A stretch of 64,000 nt of DNA from Guillardia theta CCMP2712 (Eukaryota > Protista > Cryptophyta), in the NCBI RefSeq assembly GCF_000315625.1, contig NW_005434563.1, forward strand, positions 167,664-231,663, written 5' to 3'. The notes under the pieces are model-generated. The model saw only the letters and a list, made by a program, of their open reading frames with translations. It searched no databases and was not told the origin of the DNA. Positions 35,646 through 49,000 of this stretch are shown in pieces; the stretch's first letter is position 1, and each line of letters starts with the position of its first letter. Made by a program: the position numbers and the translations under genes.

Positions 35646-36065
35646 TCAAGTGCTGAGCATACTGCACAAAGGCAGCCTGACCTCCTCTCTCCCGTCCTCC
35701 ATGAACTCCTTCGCCTTTCTCCAGTCAACCAGCGGCAGCATTGGCCTATTTCTCCTCCTCTTCATCTCCTCCTCCTCCTCGTTCACGGCAAACAACGAGT
35801 CGCCTCTCCGAACAGGAGCCTGCCAGCCGCCTCCTCTATACAGGTACCTGCAGTTCTCTTCCCCTTTCTTCCCTGCAACCCCCATCCTGTTCGCTGTGCT
35901 CCTGAACTTGCAGCTCGTGGCCAACAGCTCCTGCTGCCTCTCCACCTGCCTGCTGGCGGGCGGCGGAAGAAAGACTCGGGCGCCCCCTATCTCTCGATGC
36001 AGCACCCAATCGGTGGGAGGAGGAGGGCAAGAAGTGGAGAACAGGGAAGGGAGATGCGGAGCCAT
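35646..36065 (-). CDS. Small hypothetical protein
   Basis: 139-aa ATG ORF downstream of a GC island; no recognisable domain. Confidence 0.3.
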   Translation of the reverse strand: MAPHLPSLFSTSCPPPPTDWVLHREIGGARVFLPPPASRQVERQQELLATSCKFRSTANRMGVAGKKGEENCRYLYRGGGWQAPVRRGDSLFAVNEEEEEMKRRRNRPMLPLVDWRKAKEFMEDGREEVRLPLCSMLST

Positions 36066-36898
36066 TGTTTCCTTCTCCCAACCTGATATTTTGAGCTTGC
36101 TGCTCCTCCCCTAGCGATCTCTCCGTCTCAGCAGTCGGTCCCGTGCGTTATAGCCCTTGCTCGTCTTGATCCGAGTCCTCCTTCATTCCTCTAGGCCCTT
36201 AGGCTGAGTCAGTCTTGCAGTGGTAGTCGGCCTCCTACCTCCGGTTCCCCCCCCTCCCTTCCTCACCCTCAGGCCTCCTTCAGCAAGGCTCTTGGGGGCT
36301 TCTGCCGCCTCCTGTCAAGTCAAGTTGACTCAATGTCGGTTACATCGCAAGGTGTGTCGGTTACTCTGTGATCCGGGCACTCAGTCAGCGCGCGGCGGTC
36401 ACTGCCGCACTGAGTCAGCCGGGGGCGGCGGCCGCCGCTTGACAGCCGCCGGTCACTCCGCCGGCCGGGCCATTCACAAGCTCTGACTCGGGGACCGGGC
36501 TCAAAAATCGGCGGGGCCCGACGGCCGATGGGAGCCTCCGGGAGTCGCTGCGAAACTTACTAGCCTGTGAGCCCGGAGCCTCAGTCCGATCACCGTCACG
36601 GACTGCCCGGAATCCGACCCGCCGAAAGACCGCGCGATGCACGGTGCGCCCCCCCGCCCGGAGAGCAAAATGTCATGATGATCATGGTCACTCGAGTCAC
36701 AAGCCTGAAGGCTCATGATCGGCACCGCGCCGGCGGCAAGGCGGTTCCCGACTCTCTTTCGCGGCTCACTGAGTCAGGACGGGGGCCCCGCCGGCCAAGC
36801 CGGGCACGCCCGGCCGCGGGCCACCTGAGGCTTTGCGCCAGCCTCCGCCGTGCGGGGATCCCCACTACTACCGGCAACCCTCGAGTTCGCGGTGGTTT

Positions 36899-38430
36899 AG
36901 GCTCAAGGCTGGTCGAGATAGACTGAGGGTGGTTGGAATGGCGTTCATTCTTCAATACTTAGACATGTACATGTTACCCTGGCTCTCTCTACTCTACACC
37001 CTCAGCACGACGACACTCTCTCCGACTCGCTCGGCATCGCGGCCTTGGCTTGCTCTTCTCCGGGGCTCTCGATCCTCGCGGTCGCGGAAGGAGCAGGCGG
37101 GCTCAGCTGGATCAGCTCTCCCGTGCCGGGCGCCCACCAGGGACTTGCCTGACTGGATGAGGCGGATGGAGGCCTGCAGGGCGGCGAGCTGCTTGGCGCG
37201 GGAGGGGAGGCAGCAGGTACAAGTCATGGCGACGAGGTGAGGGAGAAAGCAAAGATCAAGGAGGAGATGGAAGGATGGGTACAGGGCGGGTACAGGACAA
37301 GAGTCGAAGCGAGCCTGAAAGAGAGGGAGGGAGGGAGGAGACAGGAGGCAAGCCAACGGTGGGGGAGGCTCTTTTGCAGTGGGATGGGAGGACGAAGCAG
37401 TGGGTGGGAGGGGAGGCGCTGGAGGAGGAACAGGCCGGGGAAGCTTCAAATAGACATGGCCAGGGATGCTGACGGGAGAAGGAGCATGGGATCACTGGGA
37501 GGGCTCGGAGATAGAGCCCGAGGCTGACGGATGGAGCATGGGACCACATCGCATGCTCGGAGAGCAAGTCCGACGAGCCGGATCTGGAGGTTCGGAGGCC
37601 TCGAGAAGCTTCGATTCTCGTCTCGAAGGCGCTGGTGGTAAGAGGACCTAACCTCAAGATCCATGCACTCCGGGCCGGATCTGAGGACGGGTAGGGTGGT
37701 CTACTCCGAGGGGAAGCACCCGGGTACTCCTTAGACAAAAGTACCGGTGGCACGACCGGCCACAGCCTCTTGTCTCCCTGCTCACATACACCACAGGAGA
37801 TCACGATACCCCCCTGGCCTCCTTTTCCCCGCCACTCATTTATTAAAAGGTCTTGCCTTGTCTGGGTGCTTCATCAAGCTCCGCGCTCCCTCACTGCTTG
37901 CCCAGCCCTTGAGCCTCTGTCCTCGCCGTCGCTGCTGCTTGAGACCTTGAAAGCTTCCTCCTCCTTCCTGCTCCTTCCTTCTCCTCCCCCCTCCGTCATG
38001 ACCTCTCTCTTGTACGCCTCTCCGGACTGGCAAGCTGCCTCTGCCCAGCCCGCCGATCTCTTGCTCATGCCCGGGGGGTCCAGCGCATCTCTGGCTATGG
38101 GGACCTGCCGTCATGCTGTCTGCCTCAGCCTCAGCCATCTCGGGCATCTCGGCTTTGTGATGCTGGTGCTGGCAGCAGCGCTGGTGCAGTTTATCCTCTC
38201 TGACGACGACTTCAAGGACGGGACGAGCCCGGAGGCGGACCCTCCCAGGCCTGCAGCGGTCGACATGCCGCCGAGCAGCTACTTGAGCGGAGGCTTCGAC
38301 CGACGGAAGATGCTGCAGCCGAGCTTCGGGCAGACGTTCAAGGCGAAGCGAGTGGGAGCATGTCAGGAGGAGTAGGGGGAGCACGGGTATTTGTAAGCTA
38401 GGAAGAAGATGTCTATGTAGAATAAAGCAA
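36899..38430. repeat. Tandem ~1.53-kb duplication, copy 1
   Basis: Near-identical to 38705-40231 (offset 1806 falling to 1801), with only a few SNPs/indels. Confidence 0.95.
37998..38375 (+). CDS. 125-aa single-TM protein with C-terminal GGFDRRKMLQPSFGQTFK motif (copy 1)
   Basis: ATG ORF with an upstream TATTAAAA (~37841), TM LGFVMLVLAAALVQFIL and downstream AATAAA (38421). Diverged paralog at 4991-5378. Confidence 0.65.
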   Translation: MTSLLYASPDWQAASAQPADLLLMPGGSSASLAMGTCRHAVCLSLSHLGHLGFVMLVLAAALVQFILSDDDFKDGTSPEADPPRPAAVDMPPSSYLSGGFDRRKMLQPSFGQTFKAKRVGACQEE

Positions 38431-38704
38431 TGTCACTAAGCAACGCCCGTGCTCGGTCAAGATGACATAGCTTTGTGACTGATCGCAGCGTCTCTACTCA
38501 GGTGGCTCTCGTCCTCTGGCCCCCCCACCTGCCAAGGCTCCAGCTCGGACAAGCGGGCTGACTTGTAGTCTCAGAGGCTTGCGGGGCGGCCTCGAGACCG
38601 GCTGGGCGGCACCGCCCCCGGCTGCGATATAGCCCTCGGTCATGGACGCGGCCATCGGCTTGCTCCTCGCTCAGCAGACGATCGCTCAGCCCCGAAGTAG
38701 GCGG

Positions 38705-40231
38705 AGGCTCAAGGCTGGTCGAGATAGACTGAGGGTGGTTGGAATGGCGTTCATTCTTCAATACTTAGACATGTACATGTTACCCTGGCTCTCTCTACTC
38801 TACACCCTCAGCACGACGACACTCTCTCCGACTCGCTCGGCATCGCGGCCTTGGCTTGCTCTTCTCCGGGGCTCTCGATCCTCGCGGTCGCGGAAGGAGC
38901 AGGCGGTCTCAGCTGGATCAGCTCTCCCGTGGCGCCCACCACGGCCCTGCCTGACTGGATGAGGCGGATGGAGGCCTGCAGGGCGGCGAGCTGCTTGGCG
39001 CGGGAGGGGAGGCAGCAGGTACAAGTCATGGCGACGAGGTGAGGGAGAAAGCAAAGATCAAGGAGGAGATGGAAGGATGGGTACAGGGCGGGTACAGGAC
39101 AAGAGTCGAAGGAGCCTGAAAGAGAGGGAGGGAGGGAGGAGACAGGAGGCAAGCCAACGGTGGGGGAGGCTCTTTTGCAGTGGGATGGGAGGACGAAGCA
39201 GTGGGTGGGAGGGGAGGCGCTGGAGGAGGAACAGGCCGGGGAAGCTTCAAATAGACATGGCCAGGGATGCTGACGGGAGAAGGAGCATGGGATCACTGGG
39301 AGGGCTCGGAGATAGAGCCCGAGGCTGACGGATGGAGCATGGGACCACATCGCATGCTCGGAGAGCAAGTCCGACGAGCCGGATCTGGAGGTTCGGAGGC
39401 CTCGAGAAGCTTCGATTCTCGTCTCGAAGGCGCTGGTGGTAAGAGGACCTAACCTCAAGATCCATGCACTCCGGGCCGGATCTGAGGACGGGTAGGGTGG
39501 TCTACTCCGAGGGGAAGCACCCGGGTACTCCTGAGACAAAAGTACCGGTGGCACGACCGGCCACAGCCTCTTGTCTCCCTGCTCACATACACCACAGGAG
39601 ATCACGATACCCCCCTGGCCTCCTTTTCCCCGCCACTCATTTATTAAAAGGTCTTGCCTTGTCTGGGTGCTTCATCAAGCTCCGCGCTCCCTCACTGCTT
39701 GCCCAGCCCTTGAGCCTCTGTCCTCGCCGTCGCTGCTGCTTGAGACCTTGAAAGCTTCCTCCTCCTTCCTGCTCCTTCCTTCTCCTCCCCCCTCCGTCAT
39801 GACCTCTCTCTTGTACGCCTCTCCGGACTGGCAAGCTGCCTCTGCCCAGCCCGCCGATCTCTTGCTCATGCCCGGGGGGTCCAGCGCATCTCTGGCTATG
39901 GGGACCTGCCGTCATGCTGTCTGCCTCAGCCTCAGCCATCTCGGGCATCTCGGCTTTGTGATGCTGGTGCTGGCGGCAGCGCTGGTGCAGTTTATCCTCT
40001 CTGACGACGACTTCAAGGACGGGACGAGCCCGGAGGCGGACCCTCCCAGGCCTGCAGCGGTCGACATGCCGCCGAGCAGCTACTTGAGCGGAGGCTTCGA
40101 CCGACGGAGGATGCTGCAGCCGAGCTTCGGGCAGACGTTCAAGGCGAAGCGAGTGGGAGCATGTCAGGAGGAGTAGGGGGAGCACGGGTATTTGTAAGCT
40201 AGGAAGAAGATGTCTATGTAGAATAAAGCAA
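38705..40231. repeat. Tandem ~1.53-kb duplication, copy 2
   Basis: Near-identical to 36899-38430. Confidence 0.95.
39799..40176 (+). CDS. 125-aa single-TM protein (copy 2, K>R variant)
   Basis: Duplicate of 37998-38375. Confidence 0.65.
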   Translation: MTSLLYASPDWQAASAQPADLLLMPGGSSASLAMGTCRHAVCLSLSHLGHLGFVMLVLAAALVQFILSDDDFKDGTSPEADPPRPAAVDMPPSSYLSGGFDRRRMLQPSFGQTFKAKRVGACQEE

Positions 40232-40709
40232 AGTCTATTTGTATTGTTTATCTTTGGCTGTCTTTGAAGATGACTTAGCTTTGTCACTTGTTTTTGTTGT
40301 GTTTTTTTTTTTATCTACAATTTGTGTTTGTTGTTTTTTCTTCTTTGCCTCAATTTTTTTCACAATTGGACGTTTTCTTTTTTGATGTTTGATGTTACTA
40401 CCACATCTGAGAGAAGGAGCAAATGTGCATCATTGGTTATTCAAAAAAGCAGCAGATGTTTGTTGGGTGATCAAGAACTTCTTCATATTGGCTTATTCTA
40501 GGGATGTACCTAAACCCGGTTGCCTTTCTTACTCCTCAGTGAATATGTCTTGCAAGCCTCTTTTCATCTATCTGTCGCTGATCGTGTGAGTTAACATCAG
40601 TGCCATCATTTCCTCTTAATGTTGTCACTTCGAATCGAACGATTCTCTTGTTTTTACGTTACACATGATACATTAGAAGACCTGACCTTTCCGCTACTTT
40701 ACATCCTCT

Positions 40710-43675
40710 TCAATCGTCTTTCATCTCCGCGGGCGTGTAGACGAAGCTATGGAGTGAAGCCAGTGAGAAAGAACATCACAATTGAGACGAAAGGGGCAAA
40801 GGCAAATGAGGCACGCGAGTTGGAAAAGCAGAGGAGAGTCAAGAGAGGAGCGACGGAAACAACGAACAAGGTAAACAACCAAGAAGGTGAACAACCAACA
40901 AGGTGATGACGTGGAGGGCAACAACAAGGAAGAAGAACAAGGACAGATTGGGAGATGAAGGATAGGGTGGAGACCAAGAGAGAGAAGGAGGAAAGAGGAA
41001 AATATGGGAGAAATTACCGGATATTCACTTGGGTAATCTGCTCCTTGCCGTTCTTTACGAAATCATTGCCGTCAGGAGTTCGCAGAGAGTACGCTCCTGC
41101 CATGCAACGGCGAGATTACACGAGATCAGAGGGCAGGGCAGGATAGCGGCAAGGAGGATGAGGTGGGTATGGGACAGAGGAGAGGAGAGAACAGGAGAGT
41201 GCATTGGAGTGGCAGACGAAAAGACGACAGGGTCGCACCATCAAGGCTTGACTTGGGCACAAGATCGGAAAGCTGGGGAGGCGGGCTCAGTCGTTTTCCC
41301 TTGGTGCGGATGCTCGGGATCTTCGAGACTTCTTGAGGCGGCTGGCTGTCACTGACGGAGGAGGGATCGGGAGACAATGCGAGCTTAGTCGACTGCCTGG
41401 CGAGCATGGCCGCAGTGACGACAGTCCTGTAGAACGAGATGCAAGCAGAAGAGAAATGAAAGAGGTACAAAACGAGAGCAAGGAGCGGAGGAAGATGAGA
41501 AGAAGAGGAGGAGAGGGAGGAAGAGAGAGAGGGAGGAAGAGGAATTGGAGGAGGAGGAGGAGGAAGCGATTAGACATCACAACTTAAAGAGAGAGCATCG
41601 CGTACGGGGTCGGCTCGTCAGACTTGCGGATAAGGGGAGTGAGGTCGCAGAAGGCACTTCCAATATGATCGTCGTCGTCGAATCTGTCCCAGTCCCACAC
41701 CTGGAGGAGGATGAAAAACAAGGAGAGGAAGGGAGGGTGAGAGGGAGGGAGGGAGGAGGCAAAGGGGTGGGGGTTGGGGCAGAGAGGAGAAACTCACTTG
41801 AATTTCCATCGGAAGAACTTCAAGGTCAGGAGGAACACAGATGCGAAACATCTGAAGACAAAGCAGGTTACTTCAACCATGCTCAAACTGCATTGCTCTC
41901 CCTATCCCCTCGCCTCCTTGTTTTTCCTCGTCCTCCATGTTTGTTCCTCCAGATATCCTCTCTGACCCTCAAGTCCCCTCCCACCCTCCCATCCTCTCTA
42001 TCCTCCATCTGGCTCCCCTCGTTCGCCTCTATTTTTGCTCACCTGATCGAAGTGAGGATCCAACGAGTTCCTGACCACTCTGCTCTTAAACCTGGCACCT
42101 CGTCAACTCGATCCTCCACCTCATCCTCGTTCTCTTCCCTCCTCTTCTCGTTCTCCTCCCCCCTTCCCTGTCCTGCTCCTTCTTCTTTTACTTACTTGTG
42201 GGTCTCCCCGATGAGCAGCACGCAGTAGGCATCACAGGTTCCGAGCCCCGCATCCATCTTGGGCAGGACTGGGACAAGTTAAGGGGGAGCAAGAGAGGGG
42301 GGGAGAGAGCTACAGGAAGCGCTGTCGAGATAAACCTCCAGGTAGTTGATCGAGAGATCGTAGAGCTGAAGACCAACATCACTTGCAAGAGACGAAACGG
42401 GAGGAGAGAGAGAGAACGAAGGAAGGAGGGGTAGGGAAGAGAGGAAGGTGCGGGGCCGAAAGGGAATCAGCAGAGAATGACAATCCACAGAAAAAGAGGT
42501 GGAGGAGTCGGGAAGAACCTTGAAGCAGACGGAGATGGTAGACATGACCCCAGCTTGAACTCCAATGACACTCATGCCTGTCAGCAGGTCTGACGGTCAG
42601 CGAGGCAGCAAGACGCGGAAGCTTGACCGTCATCGCCGGAGAGAAGAAAATCAGAGTCAAGCACATGCCGTCCAAGGGATTTCTCGGTGCCTTTTGACAA
42701 TTTGAGAAAAGGCTAAAGAGAAGTAGGGAGAAAAGCGTCGGACGAGGAGAGGAGGAGTCGGAGGAAAGAGAGGGGAGGGACGACGAGCACGAGCACGAGG
42801 AGGAGGAGGAGGAGGAGAAGGAAGGATCAGCTTGCTCCAATGCTGACCTTCAAAGTTGAGTCCTACTTTGTCTCCATCCTTCTTTGACGCAACCTGGCAG
42901 CCTTGTCAACGTCTATCTCACTTGCTCGTGTCCTGACCAGGTCGTAGGCTCGTGCAGCCTCCTCGGCGGTTTCGAAGAGGTCGACCTCGTCCCCTGCTCG
43001 CAGTTACCTTCTCCTCTTCCTCCTCTTCCGCTGACCTTCTTTGTTGAGTCCGCGGCAGATGGTGTAGATACATCCCCTCTGAGCCTGCAGCAGACGAGTC
43101 AGGCGGCAGAGAAGAACATGTCAAATCATAGCAGGGGTACAGCATATGACAAGGAGGAAGGAGGGAGGAGGGGGGGGGGGGGATGAGCATAATGAAGGGA
43201 AGGTGGTAGCACGGAGGAACGCACGTTAGCCGGGCGATGATAGGCCTGCCACATGCACTCCCCGGTGTCAAGGACGTTCTTTGACACGCCTGCGCTCAAA
43301 TCACCTTTGCTCTCTCCCTCCCTTCCTCCGACCTTTCCAGTTGAGAATCTCTCCGATGGATACGCAGAGAGTTCCTGTCGGCCTGTCAACCTTGACTGGA
43401 TGACAAGAAAGACAGAACCGATTGACATGTCGTCCGCATGCTTCGCGTCGACAGTCTTGGAGTGCATGACGCGGATGACGCAGACCTGACGTTCTGTTGA
43501 GCTTCAGATGTTCACTCTATCCATCTTTACCTGCCAGACGTTCTTGATCGCTGCACTGAACATACAATTCCACACGGGGTTCCAGCTCTTCTTCATCACC
43601 TGCCCTCTTTTGAGTGGATTCGGGCACTTTCTCACCCATGCTCCTCCTCCTCCTCCTCCTCCTCCTCATCATCAT

Positions 43676-43716
<41 letters not shown>

Positions 43717-46000
43717 GCATGTTCTTCTTTCTCCTCCTTCCTCTCTCATCCATCAGACCTCTGTGCGGATAGTCTGGCGGTTCACGTGCATCACGCAGTA
43801 GCCCTGCCATCGTTCGCTCACTTCTTGCCGCAGCACGAGACTCTAAAACTTGCCTGCGGCATCCCAGGACATTCGCCTTGTGTCCCCGCGTTCCAGATCA
43901 CCTTGGGAGGGCTTAAAATGTCGTTGGAGCTGAAAATGACTCCTACCTGCGGCAAGTTTCGTGCGCCTCGGATGGTGACTTCAAGCCTGTACTGGCAGAG
44001 GGCGGGAGCGAAGCTCGGGAGGCGCGAAATGCCGATAGACGGAGCCTCCTGTGCCCCCGAGATGAGCGAGCGAGACGAAGGGACGAGCAAGAGGATGAGG
44101 TCTTGGAAGATGTTGTAGTGAATCAGCGAGGGAAAGGCGGTGTTCACCTCATTGGTAGTGTCGGCTGGATCTGTGCTGGGGTCGGAATCCTGGTGACTTT
44201 AAGTCATCAAAAGAGTCGGTTGCATGCGATCACCTCCGAAAGCTTCTCGAATGGCTTTTGAAACCTACAAGAGCAAGTCAGCTTTTGCATTTCACATCTC
44301 TTATGCCCTCCATTGCGCCCTCCAATGTCTTTCCCTTCCTTTCACCCTCCCTCCTCTCTCGTTGCATTTTACTTGTTCATCGACTGTCGCAGGTTGCGGA
44401 GACAACACTTCTTCAAGTCCAGCAAAGCCTGTAGTGACAATCAGAACGGGAGACAAGACAAGAAAAGACAAGACAAGAAAAGACAAGATTGAGGTACCTC
44501 CACGACGTAGTCGGAACGTTCGCCGCTGTAGTTCCAGCGCAAGTCCAACTCTGTGAGAGTTTTGTTTTCATCCATAGCGTCTGCGAGCGCACAAATCCCT
44601 TCATGGTTTGGATCAGTCGCTCACGAAGAGTGGGGGCTGAAGCATGGCAAGAGAGAGCAACCTGTTCCCCGTATGCCGTTCGATCGGAGGTCCATAAGCA
44701 GAAGAGTTGTGTTTGATTTCAGAACCTGAAAAAAGTATATTTGAGTTCAACTAGACCGACCGTTCCTCGCTGACCTCCGCCATGCTTGTAGCTCCAACGG
44801 ACGTGAGCTGGTTGTTTTTCATCCTCAGCTCTACGGACGCCGTTAGACTTTCGCGACCGTATCATGCCCGTTCACCTTGCACTGATACATTCTGCGACAG
44901 GCCGATAGCAAGAACTCGCGCCTCCGATGACTTAATCTGCAACTCAAGAATGAATTTGATATTCCTTGACGTTGATCATCCTATGCCTGAGTGTTGGAAA
45001 GGTCCAAGACTATCAGAGCTTTGATGTAACTCAACATTTGAGCAATCATGAAGAACCTGTACGGGATGCGTAAATCGAGGATCATTCAGTATTGATGACG
45101 CTTACCCTCCGATGCTCACTTCAGGGTTGATGTTCATACGGATACCATGGATATGCTTTCCTTGAGCTGTTTGTAAGGTTGGCAGCCTGGCGAGAAGTAA
45201 GAAGCAAGAAGAAAAAACAAGAAGGTCTTGTTCCGACCAACTGTCCTCCGTAGAGCAATGACAAGCATGATTGGGATCCTGTTCAATCATCATGCTAAAT
45301 AGCACAGATTGCCACATTGCAATTACCTCAAGCCTAAGAAACTCGTCACAAACTTTCCTGATTTTGATGTTGTCTAAGGTATGCGATTTAAACTATAGAA
45401 GAGCGTCGTCAGAAAACAATACAGTGAAGACAATCACAGCGTACTGCTCGAATTTCTAGTTTTGGCTTCTTTGGAGGCAAATTGGAGAAGGCTTCAATGA
45501 CATCGTTGGCCTTTGCAGACTCGTCAATCTTTCGTCTCAAACCTCACGAGCTCTTTTGAGCATACCTCGGGTGAATCTCTCGCACTGCCTAACATAGCAG
45601 CGAAGTTGATTAGAAATCTCGCGTATTCGTGTTGCAGTTTTGCAAACAGAGAGGTCTTGGTGGGTTCTTCCGGTTTTGGGCTTCCACTTGAGGAGATGGT
45701 TGAGAAACTTGACATCACTGAGTCTACCCCGTTGCTGCCGAACGAGGGATGTTTTCCGTTGTCGTTGTCCGTCACGTCTGAGAGCCTCTTGTGTCGGAGA
45801 GGCGCGATCACCTCGTCTTCTTCAAGTTCGTCATCTTGGTTGTTGGTGTCATGAGGTTCTTCCTGGTTGTTGACATGCGTCTCGTTCTCATCGGTGTTGT
45901 TCTCATCATGGTTGTTGTCATGCTCATCATGGTTGTTGGCTCTTTCTCCTTCAGCCTCAGCTAGTATCACGGGCGCCGAGGTCGATGCTCCGCAGCCCAT
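40710..46000 (-). CDS. N-acylated (MGCGAS) protein with RNI-like LRRs and two C2 domains, many exons
   Basis: MGCGAS start. LRR exons LIVLDLSNTQ, ELRMKNNQL, LLMDLRSNGI and LTELDLRWN. C2 motifs LEVTIRGARNLP, KKSWNPVWN, LPKMDAGLGTCDAYCV, VVRNSLDPHF and VWDWDRFDDDDHIG. 3' end approximate. Confidence 0.8.
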
Positions 46001-49000
46001 TGAAGTTCAAAGTTCGTAAACCTGAAACGATTTCCCCTTACCTTGCATGAAAGTGAGCTTGTGAGGGACAGCCTTATGATTTCATGTAGGTATATGCCTT
46101 ATGCCCAATCTGCAATCTTGAACCGAGAGACCGATGTCACCTGGAGTAAAATCAGAAACAGAGAGCCATCACAGAGCGTCACGAAGAAATGCATGAATCT
46201 GACTGCATCTCATGGAGACAATTACTTGAAACCCCGCAAACATAAAAATCAATCACACTCGTGAGCCGCAGGTTCTGTCGACATTCATGACAAACAATCA
46301 AGTTACACTATACATCTTGCGTTTCGTCCTATCTATCTATAAGGATCGATAAATAAGTAGACTAAAGCTAAGTCATTTGCCAGTTGAAGGCTGAATATGT
46401 CACATATTGTTTTCGACAACAAGATAAAGTGAAATCCACATACAACACCGCTCTGCCCCCGGTATGATCAAACGCAAACCTTGTTCTATCTCTGCATTCT
46501 TTCCCCAGCTGTTTCAGCTCAGCCCCCGGCTCTTGCGTTCCTGTTGTCTCTTTGTCTTTCTGATCTCATAGCGTTCGCTAAATCCATTCTCCTTTCCCTC
46601 TTCTCCTCCTCGTCCTCCTCCATCTCTCTTCCGCCGTCTGGTTGCATGGACGTTGATTTCATGAGACCACCCCTACCCACAAGGACCCCAACATATCTCC
46701 ACCCCTAGTTCAAGAAGTGAATGTGACCCCTACCATCCATGTCCCAACCGACTCAACTACCGTAGTACCCACCCCCTAGTCCAAGTCAAACTTCTAACCC
46801 GTATGGAAGTTCTTATTCAGGCCCTAGTATCGTTGTGTATCCCCTATCCCTTCTCCAATTAGCCTACCGGTCCGTATCATTGATCCTTCAAACAACCCCC
46901 CAAAATCATCTACCGGTTACCACAACCACTACCAACCGTGAACCCATCGAGGGACTGTAAATTGGTGGGTACAGGGAATGCAAACCACCCCTAGTTAGCG
47001 GAATTGTCCAACCCTGGACCCCACCCCCACCTCCTCTCTCAAGGGTGGAATGGAATCTTTTTTGATTCAGTCCAGGAAGCCACCCCCCACCCCTCCATAG
47101 ATAGTGACTCCACCGCTCGACTGACCCTACCCCCTTTGCCTCACTACAAAATAGTTTTTTTTAATCCTCCCCTCTTTCCTCGCATTTCACCCTTTGGACC
47201 ACCCGTCCTCTCCTCATCTGCTGACATTGACTAATGTATTTGATAGCACTAGCGGTTGCTTCAGGCGGGGCGACCACCCTACCCCTGAATACCTGGAAAG
47301 CATTTGGTACCAGTGGCCCCAGGACCACCCCTCATCAGATCAACTTTACTGTTTTTGCTTTTTTTACTTATCTATGCGGGCCCGGTGAGCCGGAATCCGG
47401 CCCTCAGCCAATCTAGGGGGTACCCCACCCCTCTATTGCAGGGCACTACAGTACCTCTCTATTAGAATGAAGAGGGGTAGTGGGGTACTCAAGTTGCCAG
47501 CCTTCTCAACTGCCGGGTCATTTTTTTTTAGGCTGCTGGTAGTGAGTCTTTACTCAAAGTTAAAATTAAGTTAAAATTAGTCTGGTTCACGTCCCCTCTG
47601 ATTCTTCCGGATAGTCCCCCGGGTGGTTTCGACCGGGCCCGGATGATCTGGGCCGTTTGACTTTTTTTTTTCCTTCTGTCACATGCACCGAACACGCCCG
47701 ATATGTTGACCCTGACAATGTTGACAGTCGTATGAACTCGGAAGAGCGAAAGCAAGGAGACTTGAAAGGGGTCAGGATAAGAGGATAAGAGGATAAGAGA
47801 AGGAGAGGAGAGGAGAATGAGATGGAGAGAGAAGAGAGAAGAAGACAAATAGGAAAGGCGGTATTGAAAGTAGTGGTATGAAACATGAAGAGAATGGGAT
47901 GATCAGGAGAGTTCGCATAGAAATAGTATGAAGAGGTGTTGGGCTGCGTGAGTGGGCGGAGAGAGAGGAATTGAGTAATGGTGTGGAAGTTGGTTAGAAC
48001 GTAAAGGGTTGACAAGATCTGACTGGATTGTAAGAGGGGAGAAGTAGAACAGAATGTTTAAAGTCGAAACTAATGCGTTCAGCAGATGAATGAGGACGAC
48101 GACCGGGAGAATCATAAGCACTGAGGGATGTGTGTGTTGCTTGAGTCATGCTGGGCGGGATAATTTACACGACGGGATGGGAAAGGATTCACTGGGCAGT
48201 GCTGGCTGCTTGAGGTGAGGGCAGAAGTCACATGGCAAACGATGGGGAGGGTTTGGCGCGAGGCATTAACCTCCTCTCAAAGATCACGTCCATGCGAGAA
48301 GCAGTGCACTACATCAACGTTTGCCATCCCCAAGGTAGGATGACGACAATCCAACATGACACAGCGCCCGGCTTATGCTGTCGTATCCTTTCATCATAAT
48401 GCCGCTCGCTAGCGTTTACTTCATTCCATGTTGCAATCTGACTGACAGCCTTTAGGTCTTATCAAAGACCAGACTCGCGCCTTCCCCCTTCATCCCCTGC
48501 AAAGCCCTCCCAACCTGCCTCAGCAGCCGTTCCGGTCTCCCAAACCGCGAATACCTCCTCTGCAGCTCCGGGCCAATGGCGCTTCCAAGGTGTCAAAGAG
48601 TCTGACGTCGAGAGAGCGAGTGCAGGAGGAAGAGGCGGAGGAATGGTTTTCCAACATGCGCGGGATTTCCTTGCCTCTGTCCTCTAGCAGGTTTTTTTCC
48701 TCCACACCAGGTTTGTGATCTCATCAGTAGGAGAACTTTGAAACGAGTTGCAGAGCTCTCGCCTTGCAGCTCCCCGACTGACAGCGAGTGCATCACGCCC
48801 AACGGCAAGAACAGCTTGAAGTGCGACGTCAACTTCCTAGACTTCAACGATCTCAGGCATTCCAACAGCTCTGCAGCCATACAGGCGCGTGGCCAGCCGT
48901 GACGTGTGAAAGTTATGTTCCACCGGACTGACACGTTTGATGCTGCACAGTTGAGTCACTGTCTGAACCAGAACTTCAGCAACGATATGATTTCACCCTG

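Noticed and set aside
38498-39030. Minus-strand gene MTCTCCLPSRAKQL... within the tandem duplication
   Set aside because: The two copies differ by a frameshift and both hit stops before the apparent intron; coding status unsupported.
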